Positions 1 to 16,760 of a stretch of DNA of 64,000 nucleotides are shown one piece after another. A program made the translations under genes and the position numbers. Each line of letters starts with the position of its first letter. Position 1 is the first letter of the stretch. This DNA is from Pelomyxa schiedti (lineage: Eukaryota > Protista > Evosea), in NCBI GenBank assembly GCA_020536535.1, contig JAHLWZ010000171.1, forward strand, positions 124,001-188,000, in the 5' to 3' direction. The notes beneath the pieces are model-generated. The model searched no databases, was not told where the DNA came from, and saw only the letters and a program-made list of their open reading frames with translations.

Positions 1-1052
1 TTTATTTTGCGTGGGAAATTTGAGGACTACATCATCCACTACCTTGGCGCCACTTTTGCTGACACGATAGTATGCGGTTCCTCTCTGTGCTTCTTGCTCC
101 AAGGCCTCTTAACGAGGAAAGATTTTTGGTGTGCCCTTGATAACCTCACTGTATGGCTCTGATATTGGAAACCTTTATCCTGTTCTAGCTGCAATAAGCT
201 CCTTCATTTTTCAACTTCCATACATGCTCATCGTGTTCGAGGTAACTGGAAATAAACGAAACCAAGTAGGTACCTATTTTTCTCAATGCGTTTCCCTCTG
301 ACTATAACAGCAAGGGAAATACCCAGTGGCGAAGCAAATGATGATCCTGCCGCTGCTGACAATGCTAAACTTCTTCGTGAAAATTCCCCCAGTCGCCAAC
401 AATACGTAGGACAAATCGCTAAAAGTGTTGCAATTCGGTTACTTAAGGTCTCTTCATTGATCCGTGAAAAGCACAGCCAACAAAATGTGTAGGTACCTCC
501 CCTTTATGGAATTGTGCTGGGGATTATTTACAGTCTTATTGGATGGGATGTTCCGTCGTTTTTGGACCAAGCCCTACAAATGTTTGCCAACTGTGTCACT
601 CCAACAGCTACCTTCATTATTGGAATCTTCATTGCTGACTTCACATTGGGGATCTTCACTTCTCACACACCCTTTAAGACAGCATTCATAAGAAGTTCCT
701 GGTACAGCGTCTCACACCTTTTCTCTCACCAAAAATACACAGTTACATACCCTACAAACTCCTGATAATGCCAGCCTTGGTTATCCCAATTTTATATATG
801 TTCAATCACACTGTAACTGGGGATGTTGCCAATGTAGCAATAATTGTGGCCTCTCTACCCCTCGCTCCATCTGCATTCACTTTGGGCAAACAGTGTGTAT
901 TCTCTGTTCTTTTCTACACCATCCAGCAGAGCCTTAGGTACACAATTGGAGAATCTGAACTAGGTGTTAGTGTTGCTGGGGGCACTTTGTTGATGCTCCC
1001 AACAGTCATGTCTTGGATTGCAATACTCAATGCTGTCGACTTTGGTTTTTGA
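1..1052 (+). CDS. AEC/auxin-efflux-carrier (Mem_trans, PIN-like) family transporter, 5'-truncated, spliced
   Basis: Hydrophobic exons with SFLDQALQMFANCVTPTATFIIGIF, MPALVIPILY and ASLPLAPSAFTL, which fit the C-terminal half of AEC transporters; stop TGA at 1052. Confidence 0.7.
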
Positions 1053-1102
1053 TGTGAATTGGTGGGTAAAAAGAAACTTAGGAATTCATGGTTTTTTTCA
1101 AA

Positions 1103-4100
1103 TTAATTCCCAAACACAAACTTTATGATGGGAATTTTTACAATTTCACCAGCTTTTACAAAGGATCCACTAAGCAAAATGTACCTAGGGAGATATTTGT
1201 TAAAGGTACTGTAAGAGGGTGAAGCGTGTACTTTGCTGTTGGGGGCATTCTGTACTGGTCAACACAAATTTGATGCATGGTTTTGGTCTTATTGGCAGCA
1301 AAGAGGGCAACTTGCTCATCATTGGCAGCAAATTTTGCGTAGATGGGCTGCAATGTTGTTAGTGTCATTGTAAGTGAGGAAAGGGAATACTTTATCCAGT
1401 CCCGCCTTTGTGTCATCGGGGGTTATTGGGTACTTGCTCAAGAAGTCTATAGTACATCCATGATGAATCTCGGGTAATACCTGGCGAACGTCGGGCATAA
1501 ACGAGAAAAAAAGGAGTGTACTGTAAACAGTTGGTCCAGTGTTAGATCACCTTTGGCGATTACAATTTTGTCCCAAATAGTGAAGCCTTCGGGAATTGGT
1601 TTGACATCACACATTTCATTCACATCATACCTACAGTTGTTAGTTAAGGCTACTTTGTGAAAACGTACTCAGCCTTGGCACGAATTGGATTGTCTGGTTC
1701 AAAGAGGTTGTAGGTGCTGAGCCCAAGGTTAACATTGGCAGAGCACATCTATGAGATATCTGAGGATTTATCACGAAGGTAATAAAAAAAAAACCTTGGG
1801 TTTTGGCAACCTCATGATAAGCTTGAACAGCTAAGGAAAAAGATAGGTTAGAGCAGGACAAAAGCACTTGGTACAAACCTCAACACAGACCAAACCAGTG
1901 ATCATTGCTGTAGTAGTTGCGATGGCTGGGATCTGCGAAAGGAGGTCAGTAACTATCAAAAAGCTTTATTATACTCACAATCCTTCCAGCAATCATCTTA
2001 CACTGATGGCGACTTGCTGGCTTGATGTGATAATTCCATGCACGCATATTAGAGCAAGCGGTTATGAAGTCGATGTGGAAATTCTTTGTAAAGTGAATCA
2101 ATCACTCGAATGTCCCTGGGGCTACGACTTACCGTGTCATCATCTTTTTCAAATTCAAGTGGCACAGGTTTTACAAGACCCTCAAAGGTGCCCCCAACAA
2201 GTAATTCTTTTTTAATATTGTCCACTTCCAATTGTTCCTCTGGGTCAGCTGTGGAAAGTTAACACAGACAACTTTAACAAACAAAAAACCTGGAGTAGAC
2301 TTGGAAGTATCCTCCAATGTCGCCACGGCTTTCTTTGGGGGTTCCCAATCCAGTGGCTGTACTATTTGTTAGCATTTGAAGGTAGGTAAATCCCCCTACC
2401 TTCAGACGCGGTAAAGCGGCAGCAATAAGTGTGGAAAATTGTGTCTTATCAGGAACAACAGGTACCTTTTAAGCGCGTTGTGAGACTGGCAAACAGACAA
2501 GATAGACACTTTAAGAAGTTACCTTGAGCATTGTGGCAAACAGGTTAGAGGCTGCCCATAAATAATCCAAGTGAAGAGGTTCGTTCGGATCAAAAACGGC
2601 ATGCTTGGGGAAACGCTTCGTTCCAGTCCAGAATGGCATCACTTCTCCAGTAATTTCATCCTGGCCAAAAATAAGTACGTACCCAAAATGAACAAAGTAA
2701 GTTACAGTCTTGGTATAATTCTCAGGGAAACTGTGAGTAAGATCCCTGATGCGAATTAAGTATTGCTTGCAGAATTGATCCAATGCAAGCTGCATACAAG
2801 TCTCGAACGTTGGCTGTTAAGGTTTTACTAAGATTACGTACAGTACGCGCTATGATACTCACGTTATTGAGAATTCTTAGCATTGCCTTGACAGCTTGAA
2901 GTTTCTCCAACTGTACGTTTATGTGGCCTTCCTTTTCAACACTGCTCATGAAGCCACTTGGGTCTTGTAGGAGTTTGATTACATCTTTCGCAGGATCTTC
3001 GAACACTTCCGTGAATTGGGCCCTTGCCCATTCAATGCAGTGGTCTATTAAATGTGGGAACTGATATTTACATCAGTCAAGAAAAGAAAAAAAATTGAGG
3101 GGCAGAAGAGTACGTTTCTGAGAGTGCACATGGGGATAGCTTTGCCCTACATCAGCGTAAGAAATGAGAAAATCAAGTACTTTTCTACCTGGTCCTGGTC
3201 CTTTCCCTCAGAGTAAGTCAGTGTCAAGTGGGGAATTATAATCTCGGAGTTGGCTTTTGTGCCAAGTGTTCCGGATTCAAGAAGTGGTCGCTCAAAGAAC
3301 ACACATCGAGAGTCAACATACTTTCGAGCTATCACGTTGTCAAGAGCATTGCATACCTGCCAGTGATAAGGAATAGGGTTTAAATTATAATAACGCAACT
3401 CCATGAAGATTTTCCCAGAAACCTTAAAGTGAGTGAGAGTTCGGTCTCCACAAAAGGGGGGGGAAGGATAGCACACCATCGTTGAAGATATTTTCGGTCT
3501 CTGGACAAACCTTTGTTTCAAAGCAAGTAATGTTCATGGCGGGGTTCATAATCTTTGCTGCGGTGGCAGCGCATACAGATTTTTGCTTAAAAAGTTAAGC
3601 GACCTTAATGTGATGATTACCTTACCTTCCCAACATTCTCCTTCCGGAAAAGGAATTGCCTATTGAGGTTGGAGACTTCAATCCTATCCATATCTGTAAC
3701 ATACAGGGCACCTCCACTAGCACCTAGTGATGCTATAAGAAAAGAAATAGGAGGTAAAACTGTTACCTAGGCCCATTAAGGCAAAGCCTTTGAGGTATTC
3801 GCATCCCAAAGCGCCACAGCCAACCTGTTTTGATTGTGAAAGCGGAAAATTGGTTTATCTGCAAACCATAAACCACTTCTGCTTTCCTAGAGTTTCCTGG
3901 AAGTTCTTGCCAAAAATAGCAATTTGGCTGTCATATCTGCACCCAAGAGGGGCAGCATCAGCTGGAACCTTATTTTATTTTAGTGCAAAGTTGATATAAG
4001 ACGAGAAGTACCGTAGCTTGAAGCATTTCAAAGTAATCAAGGTAGAGCCATTGCCACAGTGGAGAATATTTTCCAAACTTCTTGACCACTTCCTGTGCAA

Positions 4101-5650
4101 TCACTCCACCAACAAATGTAGAGATACCTGAAAACAGAGGATTAATGTTGATTACGGTCTGAGATAACAACCAGACAGCTCGGCGCGAGCATATAAAGCA
4201 AAGTTGCGGATCACCTCTTCGTCAATAGTCTCTACAACTAGAGCAGAGTTCGGAGGCATTTGCTTGTGTTCCTCAAGAATTTGCTTGGCAATAAAAACAC
4301 ATTCGTTGGCATCTTCCAAAGAGTGCAAACGAGGCAGGTAATTATGCCATTCCTAAAAAAATATGAACCCATTCTTGGATAAGATTAAGCCTACCTGGAA
4401 GCGCCACATAGCCAATTTAGCAAAGTGCAGTTGCTCTGATCTACCAGCATACATTTTCTCCGAATTCGGGTGGATAAGGAACATTTCTTGCTTAGGGTTG
4501 TGCATGCTTTCACCAAATGATCGGAATGGCACTTTCTTTGGCACTTTGATTTCGGTGGCTATTCCCCCTCGGATATAGGGTGGAAGGGCAGCAACCTACC
4601 ATTATTAATTATTTCATTATTACAGAACTGGAAAGAGAAAAGTGCAACCTCCGCAGAAGGGATTTTTAATTTGAATTTCTTTGGCATCAATCTTTGCCTC
4701 TTACCACCATCCAGGAGCATGTACATTCGTCCAAGGGCTATTTAATATAAGAGCAGTAAACAATGAAGGGTACCACACGAATTGTTCTTTTATTGAGGGC
4801 ATCCATCCCTTCAACTTCATCAACAGAAATTAATTGGTCCTCATCAAAGTCATGAGGTTCTGCAATTGATAAGAGAAGGTTAAAAGCTAGTTATGTACCA
4901 GATACTGAAACAATAAGTTCCCAGTTATCACCAGTCTGTCGCTTGGTGATCTCTGAGGCAAGGTTCAGATAATATTAGTGGGGAATAACACAACCTTCAA
5001 AGACAGAGGTCTTTGCAGCTTCGCCATTCTCATCCGTGACTGTGTGAATGGGACCATAATCTGCCCACAACGTAGCCGTAGCACCAGAGGAATGCCCCAT
5101 CAAGAAAAGTACTGGGGTTGGCAAACGGGATCGGCACACAAAGTCCCAGTGTTGAACAACAGAAGCTGGAATGCGGGGGTCGGTCACCAAGACAGCACCA
5201 AATTGGCAAAGAAATGCGTCAGTGATTTCAGATGTGTGCTCGCGGACCAAAACATAGGGGTTCAATAAAGACAGAGGCTGGATGCAAACAGTCGAACTCC
5301 TTTTGCCAATGTCACTCTCCAGGAACCAAAAGTTTGAAGCAAGGTCCATCATTTCAACGGGAGATGGGTCATAAATGGTTACAGAACGTGGTCCTGCCAA
5401 AGCGATATTCTTAGCAGCCTCAACTCCCACACCCTTCATTCCAACCTGTTTCATTCCGTTTGTTTAAGACGGATTGGTTTTTTTTTCTACAAACCACTAA
5501 AACGTCAAGAGTTGTCAAGTTTTTCATTGTCTCCAAACCATAAGCACCAATCTGTCGAGAATACTGGTCCATCGCGCTGGTGGCCTTGTTCTCGTCAAAT
5601 ACCATTGCACCCGCTGCTGTTACGGGTTCCGCACTACTTGTAGATGCCAT
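1103..5650 (-). CDS. UBA1: Ubiquitin-activating enzyme E1 (UBA1-like), many introns
   Basis: [11 protein letters not shown]; [17 protein letters not shown]; [12 protein letters not shown]; [18 protein letters not shown]; [12 protein letters not shown]; catalytic [11 protein letters not shown]; last exon YILLSGSF...[10 protein letters not shown] ends at 1103. Confidence 0.95.
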
Positions 5651-5861
5651 TGTTTCGATGCGCAACGATGTCGCTGTTAGATCCCGACGGGCGAGAGTTT
5701 GAGAGGTTTTTTTTTTTTTTGTTTGTTTCTGTTGGTTGGGTTCGGTACAGGTTTTTGGCGAAATTTCGCAGCCGGGCGTTGAGAATGTCAAGCTGTCTCT
5801 TGGAGAGGTTTTTATTTTTAAAACAGGAAGGTGTTGGTTGCGCTGGGTGGTAGAGGCAATT

Positions 5862-8576
5862 TTATGAACATTGAAGCAAAAACTGCTCTAGCTTTTGCCA
5901 TATGATATCAAATTCGGGTCTGTTTGTTGGTGAGTTGGTCGGGCTAGGGAAGGGATTAGGCACTACTACCTTTTGTCAGGGTTGGCATCCCAACACTGAT
6001 TAATTAGCATTGAGACGGGATCAGGTAGTCCCGTAAGTGGAAGTCTTCCTCCGGTCTGGACGTGGTTCAGCAACCCACCATGTGAGAATCCTTGGTATGG
6101 TACAGTTTTAGTTGCAAGCTCCCATAATACAATGCTGAATTGGGATTGAAATTAGAGAGTGAATTATTTTATGTATTCGTTTGTTGTGAGTTAAGGAAGT
6201 ACCTATAGCTGTACACATCACACTTGGATGTATAGGGGGGAGGTGGTGAACCGCGAGGCCTAAGCTCGGTGAGTTCAGGGGCCCAGTATTCCGGGGTTCC
6301 AACAAGGCTTGATGTATCTTCCAGATAGGAAGGTGAGTCTGTTGCTGGTAGTGTATTATGGCGTTTTAGAGATGACAATCCAAAATCAGCCACTTTTGGG
6401 TGCATGTCTTCACTCACGAGAATGTTGTTTGTGTTGAAGTCACTGTACTTGTTTGTATTGTGTTCGATAAGTGCGACTTTGGGTCAATTATATAATATAA
6501 AAAGGAATGTCGAGTGGTAAACAAGGTACCGATGAAGGATCATCGGATTGTTGGTATGAAGGTAGTTCATTGCCACGGCAATCTGCTTTCCTAATTTCAT
6601 CCGCTGACTAAAGGACAGCCCCTTTTGTGTGAAGTGGTAAGGACTAAGACAATTTACAACTTGAAGTAACACACAATGGTTTGTATAACAGTTCTCAGGG
6701 AGCCTAGAGGAAGGTATTCCATGACAAGTGCTATTTTGTTGTCTCTAGTGTTAAGTACACTGGCCCCCTGCAGAGCCGATTAAGAAGATATTATGCTCCC
6801 TTTACGATTACATATTTTCCTTGCATTCTGGTAAACATACAAAGAATTGGCAAATATAAGGATGCTTCAGCTTGGACATGATTGATATCTCTTGACAAAA
6901 AGTTTTCAACACCGCCTGATCTGTTGTCGTCAGTCGTATTTGCTTGACTGCGACATCCAAACCCCTCCACTTGGCTCTGGTAACTGAGCCAATGGATCCC
7001 GATCTTTTAGTGTTAATTCTCATGGAACTTGGGTGACAGGAAAAACGTACCCGATTGGCTCAAACAGTTGCAATTCTTCATGTGGTATTGATCTCAAACT
7101 ACTGTATATTTTCCCACGCAGTAAAAGCTCTACCGCTTTCTCTGCTTCCTGCATAACTTGGCTGCCCACTTTTGCTTCATCAATAACAGGGGCCAACCCT
7201 TCTTCCACCTTGTGGGTGGTGGAGGGAATGCAGGCATAAGAAAGGGACAGGAAGACAAGAACCAGGAAGTCCCCAAGTAAATAGAAGGTAAGCAGGACGA
7301 GGAGAGATCTGTGATTATCGCTCGGGTATGTATAGTACGAATCTGTGGGAAAAGTGTGAAAGGGTCACAACCATCCTGCTTACCTATCAGTGAAAATCGT
7401 GATGGACTTGTATCATTAAAACTTTTTACATATTCAGAGGGCAAAAAAAGCAGTGTTGAACGAAACAAGCACAGTGTTGCTATAAACACTACGCTCACGT
7501 AGATCAGTAGAGCCTAGTTAATATCAGTGAACTGCTTCCTGAGAAAGAGGCCCACTTGATGAAAGTTTTGGAAGCCGCAGTTGGGTAGGCGTGCTTTGTA
7601 AATTAATACACATCCTAGACCTTGGAAAAGAGAATGTGGTGAAAAAAGGTGTGTGATTAACTTGAGTTGAAAGCACTCACATATTGCTGTCATGATAAAA
7701 AGAATTCCATGAAAAATACATGTGGATATTTCTGTTTGTAGACTGTGGGTAAGTTAAGACAGCATCAATGCACGTAGTACGAAGCATCATACTCGCTGAT
7801 ATCTTGTTCATTCAACATACAGTCAACCCAAAAAAAGGCGAAAAACATCAGGTACACAGCACCATTGATGAGTATCAAAATTTTCACTTGGCTTCGAAAC
7901 TGGGCAATTAGACGGGGTGCATATGACCCTGAACAGAGTCATTACTCCCAATTTGTTCAGGGCGGGATACCTTTATTGGTGTCATGGTATTCGATGATCC
8001 TGGTTATCTGTGGTATGTTACATGAATAAACAGGAACTTATGTTAGAGCAGAGGACTAACATAAATGGAAAGAACAGTAATCGTAAACAAAGATGGTGTC
8101 ACATCAAGAACATTTAGAGAAGTGTTAAGGTTAACATAAGTTTCAAAAACTAATTAACATTCAAACATAAAGGATATCAGCAGCAGGTAGGCCCCTTGCT
8201 ACCTTCGAACCTAGCGACAGCCCAAAAAATGCTGCTCTTACTAGTAGAGGTAAAAGTTATTACAAGAATGAGGAAAAAAGGGAGCAAGGGCGTACCAGCA
8301 CCAATAAGCATGATGGCAGCCAACACCACATTCCTGTGGTGGGGTCTTCTTCTCAACACAAACAAAGCAACACCCAACAGTGATAGAAGAGAATAAGCTA
8401 CCTGCACATCGTCCCAAAGGGGAAGAATAATAATAACAATAATAAAAAAAGGGAAGGTAAAAAGTCGATTCCCTGTCTTGTCCCACCTCACTCAACTAAA
8501 AAAAAAAACGCAGTGGTTATGAAGTGGCACGCACAATGAGAGCAGTCACAACACTCGTAAACATCGTCCAACCCAT
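5862..8576 (-). CDS. Multi-pass (probably 7TM, TOM1/GPR137-like) membrane domain fused to a TKL-group protein kinase
   Basis: Spliced N-terminus MGWTMFTSVVTALI|VAYSLLSLLGVALF..IGAVRAAFFGL..LLNVLDVTPSLFTITV..IATLCLFRSTLL; kinase motifs GSGSIGSV, VAVKQI, HRDFNTNNILV, KVADFGLS, GTPEYWAPE, DVYSY, CWDANP. Confidence 0.85.
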
Positions 8577-8733
8577 CACGTTCTCGTCTTTGGTGGTTTT
8601 TCGTGTTATTTTTCGGGAACTACGGCATTTTTCATGGGCTCCCCTGCTGTTTGGTCGGTACACTCGACTCTATTGAGGGTTGTTGAAAGCTTCTTGTTGT
8701 TGTGCGGTTGGTTTGTTAAGCGGTGCCATGGGT

Positions 8734-10308
<1,575 letters not shown>

Positions 10309-10812
10309 GGACAGAAATGGACTTAGCCGAAAAAGGAATGATGGGTGATGGCAGGACACCAATGGCCTACGGCGGGGTAACTGACACACGAGGTGCCGGG
10401 TGGCGGGGTTGAGTGGCGCCGAGGACGCTTCACTCTGATGTATGTGCGACAGAGGGAGGTTAAGAGAATAAGTGGCCAAAAGAAAGCAAAGACTTTTGAC
10501 AAAGAAGGTTTTTTTAATTCTGTTTCGCCAACAACCAGGGAAGGCCAGAACCACAAGGGGCACAGGAAGGAGTGTGTCTTGGCAGGTAATAGGGTTTCCT
10601 TTTCCCCCCAACTCATGAACTGATCTCGCAGTTGTTTGGCCAAGCCAGTGGCACCACAACACGAGACCAAGACCAGAGAAGGGAGGATAGAGCCCTGTGG
10701 TTACCACGTTCAACAAGACTCCTGCTCTTCCCGTATTATGCCCGGTGCAGCTCTGTGGTCCGTCCCTGTATGGTTGTTGTCTGATTACAGTTTTTGTTGT
10801 TAGTGTGTGCGT

Positions 10813-12081
<1,269 letters not shown>

Positions 12082-12312
12082 TTACTTGCGAGGCGGGGTT
12101 TAAAAGGACAGCCCGGCGGCTAAAAAAAGCCCATTCATTGAACAGGTCAAATTTGGACCAAGCCTCGGACCAGACTGTCAAGTGGAGAGCGCTCTTTGCA
12201 AAGTAGCCTTACCGCGGCATTCATTAATGTTATTTGGGGGGCAATTTCGAGTACACTTACCCTGGAGACTGGATACCACCTCCATCAGTCAAAAACACGG
12301 AACCCGGTCCAA

Positions 12313-15252
12313 ATGGTACCGAGTACACTCGCGGCGCTGCTTGTGGTTGTGCTGGGCTGTTGTGTTGCTGTCACATTCGACCCTGGAATAGGGTTAGCTC
12401 TCTCTTGTTTTAGCGTTGTTGGCTTTGCTTATCTCAAAAAAACTGATTTGCTACCCTGACCACAGATACCAACTCCATTCATTCAATGACTTGAGGCAAT
12501 GGCCACAGTTGTTGCATAGGGGGGCACAATTCTTAAAAATAGACGTGCGGTGGATTCCAGACACTGAGTGCCTGAGGCTGAGGATTCCAATCTTGCACGG
12601 CAGCAATTTTGGGTGCATGCCACTTGTTCACAATCCGATCAAAAATGATACCCACCCTCACCACTTTGACACATTGGATTCACTCCTAGACTTCCTTGTC
12701 GATCCAAATTACTCCAGATACTTCCAACAGGTTTACTCCTACTTTTCTTTGTCTCTTTATTAATCATGATGTCCTAAAAGAGTGAGCGGAAGTACATATC
12801 TATTTGTCACAAGTATCCACTCACATGTAATACTACAAATGAGAATCTTGCTGTTATTCGTGTGTTTGATCAGTTTTACTATCGGGCGCGTCAAATGATC
12901 ATTACAAATGACCTCAACCTCGAGTTTGTACTTGTGGGTGTAATTCGGTGCCTGATAACGCTTATTTAAACTCTTGTTTTTAGGATGGGTCACTGACCAG
13001 TACCAGAAGAGATTGCTTCATGCATCGATGGAGTGTAGGCCAATAACTCAAATTAAATGCTTAGAGAACCAACTTAACTGAAAACAGCCCTGGATCTCCT
13101 CTTGGATACCTGGAAGGTGTGTCTACTCTATTTGAACTGTGAATTACCCTGCCACAGAGATAATTGGAGTGCTGCCCTTTCTAATGACAATGAAACTGGA
13201 AGCGAGTCTTTCCAAGTTTTCTTTATCTCGCTTTATTTCCCTGCTCACTCCTTCAGATGCTGAATATGAAAGTAGGCACACTACGCAAAATGCAGTCAAT
13301 CCATTATGGAAAGGTATACCACAGCCCTGCCTCGTGTATTGCAGGGTTGCCTGTTTTGTATTTTCGATGGAGTAAACTAGAGACTTACCATTTATAGTTT
13401 GCAAATACCACTTATCCTTTTCTGACTTGGGAACCATCTGACCAAAAAAGAATATTAGATATATCTAAAGAATATCTAAAAAGACCACCTCATCCCGCGG
13501 GATTCAAGTACTTTAATATGCATCTTTGTCGGAGTTAACCTTAGGAAGATTCTCAATTAACATTGACCCTGCCCGGTTTGAAGTATATTCAGCTGCAAGG
13601 TAAGTCAAAAAAATGCGTGCACTTTCTCACCACAATAGAAGTGGGATTGGCTGGAATCATGTCATTACATCGATAGCAGTTCAGCACCCTTATGTGACTT
13701 TGATACCACATCCAAGTTCTCCAAGAAAGTATTCTCTCCAAATATTTTTTTTCTTTTTCGGGGTGCTTTTGTCTTTTCATAATGCTTTATAGATTGCACA
13801 TACATCCTCTCCATATTTTTTGTTAGTGGTTCCTGCCGCTATGTATTCAATACAACCTCAGGGGTAAGTCCATTTTGTCAACGGGTTTAAGTTCACACTC
13901 TTCAAGATACTAAAGGAAGTTTCTTCCACACATTCCCAAGGCCCCCCTTCCCTTCTTCCTTTCGAACCTACCTCGCAACAGTTGTCACTTGCAGTGCTGC
14001 ATGGAAGTGAAGTGCAAGCCCCCCCGCATCTCTTGGTAGTTGATTCATTAGGCTTTTTTTCTATCCTCAGTGTTGAGCACTCCCATGAGCAACCTTTTTT
14101 GAAATCAGTTGGCACATTCCAAGAGCTAATCTCATTCTCACTTTTGTTAGGTAAGCACTGTTGGTAAGTTGCTGCCTGATGAACCTTTTCTGTCCAATAT
14201 CAGAGTGTGTACGATTCAGATGCGCAAGGTTTCTGCCCGAGAGCTTCTCGAGTGTGAATTAATATTGTTAATAGAAAACTTATATTGCCGGACTGCATTC
14301 GAAAATGTCTTGTAGTGTTCAATTCCAGCTCTGGTCGCTAGACGCAGAATCATCTGTAACTCCAATAGGAAAGGGCACATGCATCACACACTCCCCCATA
14401 ACTCAGGCGACCCTTGCAGGGCTTTATATTCAAGTAACACTTAAAAGTGGCATGCCTTTCCTACCAACAAAAAATAGGGAAACACTGAAGACTCCAGATG
14501 TCCAAGTGGAACATTATCTATCGTTATGGCTATGTCAAATTCGACTGGGCAAATCCTCTTTGGGCATGCTTGTGTTAACGTCGCAAGTGGAGGAATTGTG
14601 GGCTCTATCTTGCCTACTGCAGTCACTGTCGGTTACAAACCCAAAATTTTGCACTCTCTCTTGAACAGCAAGCCCTTTGTGTATGCTACCAACCTAATCC
14701 CTTTGGCTCAGTTTTGCAGGTTTATGGTGTATGAACACTCATTCTGTTGGAATACAGAAACTACCAACAAGATTTCAGAAGGTACAAGAGACCAATTACT
14801 TAAGTTTTCAACCCCTTTCTGCCTTCCTCAGGCAATGTTTGCGATCTCGATCCATTGTCATCCAAAACGGGACCTCTGGGTTTCTCTTATGGTTATCTGT
14901 CTGAGTGGATCAGACATGCCGAGGAGCAAATCCAGTTCAGTGTATGTTCCGAGACCATATTCCATGGAAGCTACGATTTTGGTACAAATCCTGATGTGGC
15001 CCTCTTTAACAGCCAACATGTAAACCTCATATCTTAAATTCCCTCAAAATTTAGACCCATTCTTAGCAATTCGGTTTTGCTGAGGTGCATCAAGGGCCAC
15101 AGCAACAACAAACCCCATGTGGTTCTGCAATTCCTCGTCCAGACCAAGTAATCCTTGACAGCTTCACTGTTTACCCACCCAGAATTGTGAGTGAAACCAA
15201 AACTGGTATGACCTTCCTGGAAATACCCTCCTCCATGCCGTTGTGGCCTTAA
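12313..15252 (+). CDS. Secreted uncharacterised protein with a possible N-terminal PLC-like/GDPD TIM-barrel phosphodiesterase domain; 3' end approximate
   Basis: Signal peptide MVPSTLAALLVVVLGCCVAV; exon QLHSFNDLRQWPQLLHRGAQFLKIDVRW...PLVHN resembles the His-x-x-N / D-V / H pattern of PLC-like phosphodiesterases; many short GT-AG introns follow. Confidence 0.45.
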
Positions 15253-15452
15253 CGTCTCTTAGTGACTCCAGCCAATGCCTTCTTGTTTTTCTCTATTACC
15301 TTTCTTATTGTTTCCCTTCTTCGTAAATTCCACAACCCCAACTGGAAGCAGTACAAGCACCAATAGAATGTCAAACAAAGACAAATTGAAAAAAAAAGTG
15401 CTTAGTGTTATGAAGTATTGAGGGAGACAAAAGTCTTCCCCGGCTGATAACA

Positions 15453-16675
15453 TCAAGGGAGGGAACCTTTTGGAAAGGGGGGCAATCCCCATTCCTCAGG
15501 AATAAATTCATTCAGGGAGCACAGAACTGAGTCCGCGGCTGAGAATAGGCTCATATCAGCATGCTCAATGTCAGGAACTGCAACAACCGGCATCCCTGCT
15601 GCTACCCCTGCTTCAACGCCAAGGGGTGCATCTTCAATAACAAGGACCTGGGATATAATGTGAGTTTTAGTGAGAATAAAAGTGGTGTGGTCCCTTACAG
15701 TTTCGTAGTTACTTGTTTTGCCTAATTTATTTGCTGCTCTTAGGAATATGTCAGGGTGAGGCTTTCCGCGTGTAATTGTTGGGTCATCTGAAGTTACAAC
15801 AGCTTCAAAAAAAGAAAACCATGCTGTAGCAGTGTAAAGTCCAGGAAACAAACAATAAAAAGCTTGAAGCTAGAAGGCACACATTGATGATTCAAAGTCT
15901 TCAGTTTAAATGCGGACATACTCGAACCAGTTGCCACAGCTTGTGGGATCCCTTTGTAAGGGGGGGACAGAGGAAAGGAAAATGAGTCCACAGTAATCCT
16001 TGTGCTATCGTCGAAGCAGACATATAACACAACACAGAACATTCTAGAGCCTCACAACACCAGTTCAACACTCAAGAAGTGGGAACACTAGGCACGTTCA
16101 GAATGCAAATGTTCCACAAGTCTCCTAGCCCCAGGGAGAGGATTTACACTTTCCCACAGTTCATTTTGTTTTTTATTCCTCAATTCCAAGAGCTATTGCA
16201 AAGTAACCCAAATGAAAAAAACCGGTTTCTCAAACAAACCTGCTGTGGGGTAAGAGGCAACTCAAGAGCGTTGACCATTGCTGTGCATGACTCCATAGCA
16301 CTCCTTCCCATCATATGCCTCTTTTTTATGACAAGATTGAGCAAAGGAGAAAGCAATTCCAAACAACATATAACCATACCTTGACATTCCAGTCAAACTT
16401 TTTTCCAAACATTGCAGCTATTTCTTCTCCCACCTTGGTGTAAAGAGGCTCAGTGTCCAACAGAGTCCCATCCAAGTCCCACACCACATGGGTTACTATA
16501 TTCCTGCACAAATAGAAAGGAAGGCATCAATAGGCTGTTGGAACTACCAACAATTCAGCAACCACACAGCACAACAAAAACAAAAACGAACACACGCAAT
16601 CGAAAAGTACGGCAACCGTGCTATTTTAGATCGCCTACAACAGCACGTGGCGGTTGTGGTCGTAGCACCGTGCAT
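15453..16675 (-). CDS. HAD-superfamily phosphatase (pseudouridine-5'-phosphatase/HDHD1/GS1-like); start uncertain
   Basis: Motif [15 protein letters not shown]; VATGSS; GKPHPDIFL; motif [19 protein letters not shown]; C-terminal PEEWGLPPF. Confidence 0.9.
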
Positions 16676-16760
16676 GTAACTTCAGAAGCCCCAACAACAA
16701 CAAATTCGTGTCTATCTGCTATCTCTTACCATTCTTTTGTTTCTTGTGCTGCTCCTGGTG

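Noticed and set aside
8120-8180. Minus-strand ATATCCTTT followed by CCTTAAC, mimicking a U12 AT-AC intron
   Set aside because: AT-AC splicing creates a stop or frameshift. An ordinary GT-AG intron (GTAGCAAG...AATTAG) enclosing the ATATCC gives a clean TM-domain reading frame
10309-10716. Long N-terminal extension of the PRMT ORF
   Set aside because: No recognisable domain and a non-ATG start; most likely promoter and actin 3' region that is open by chance
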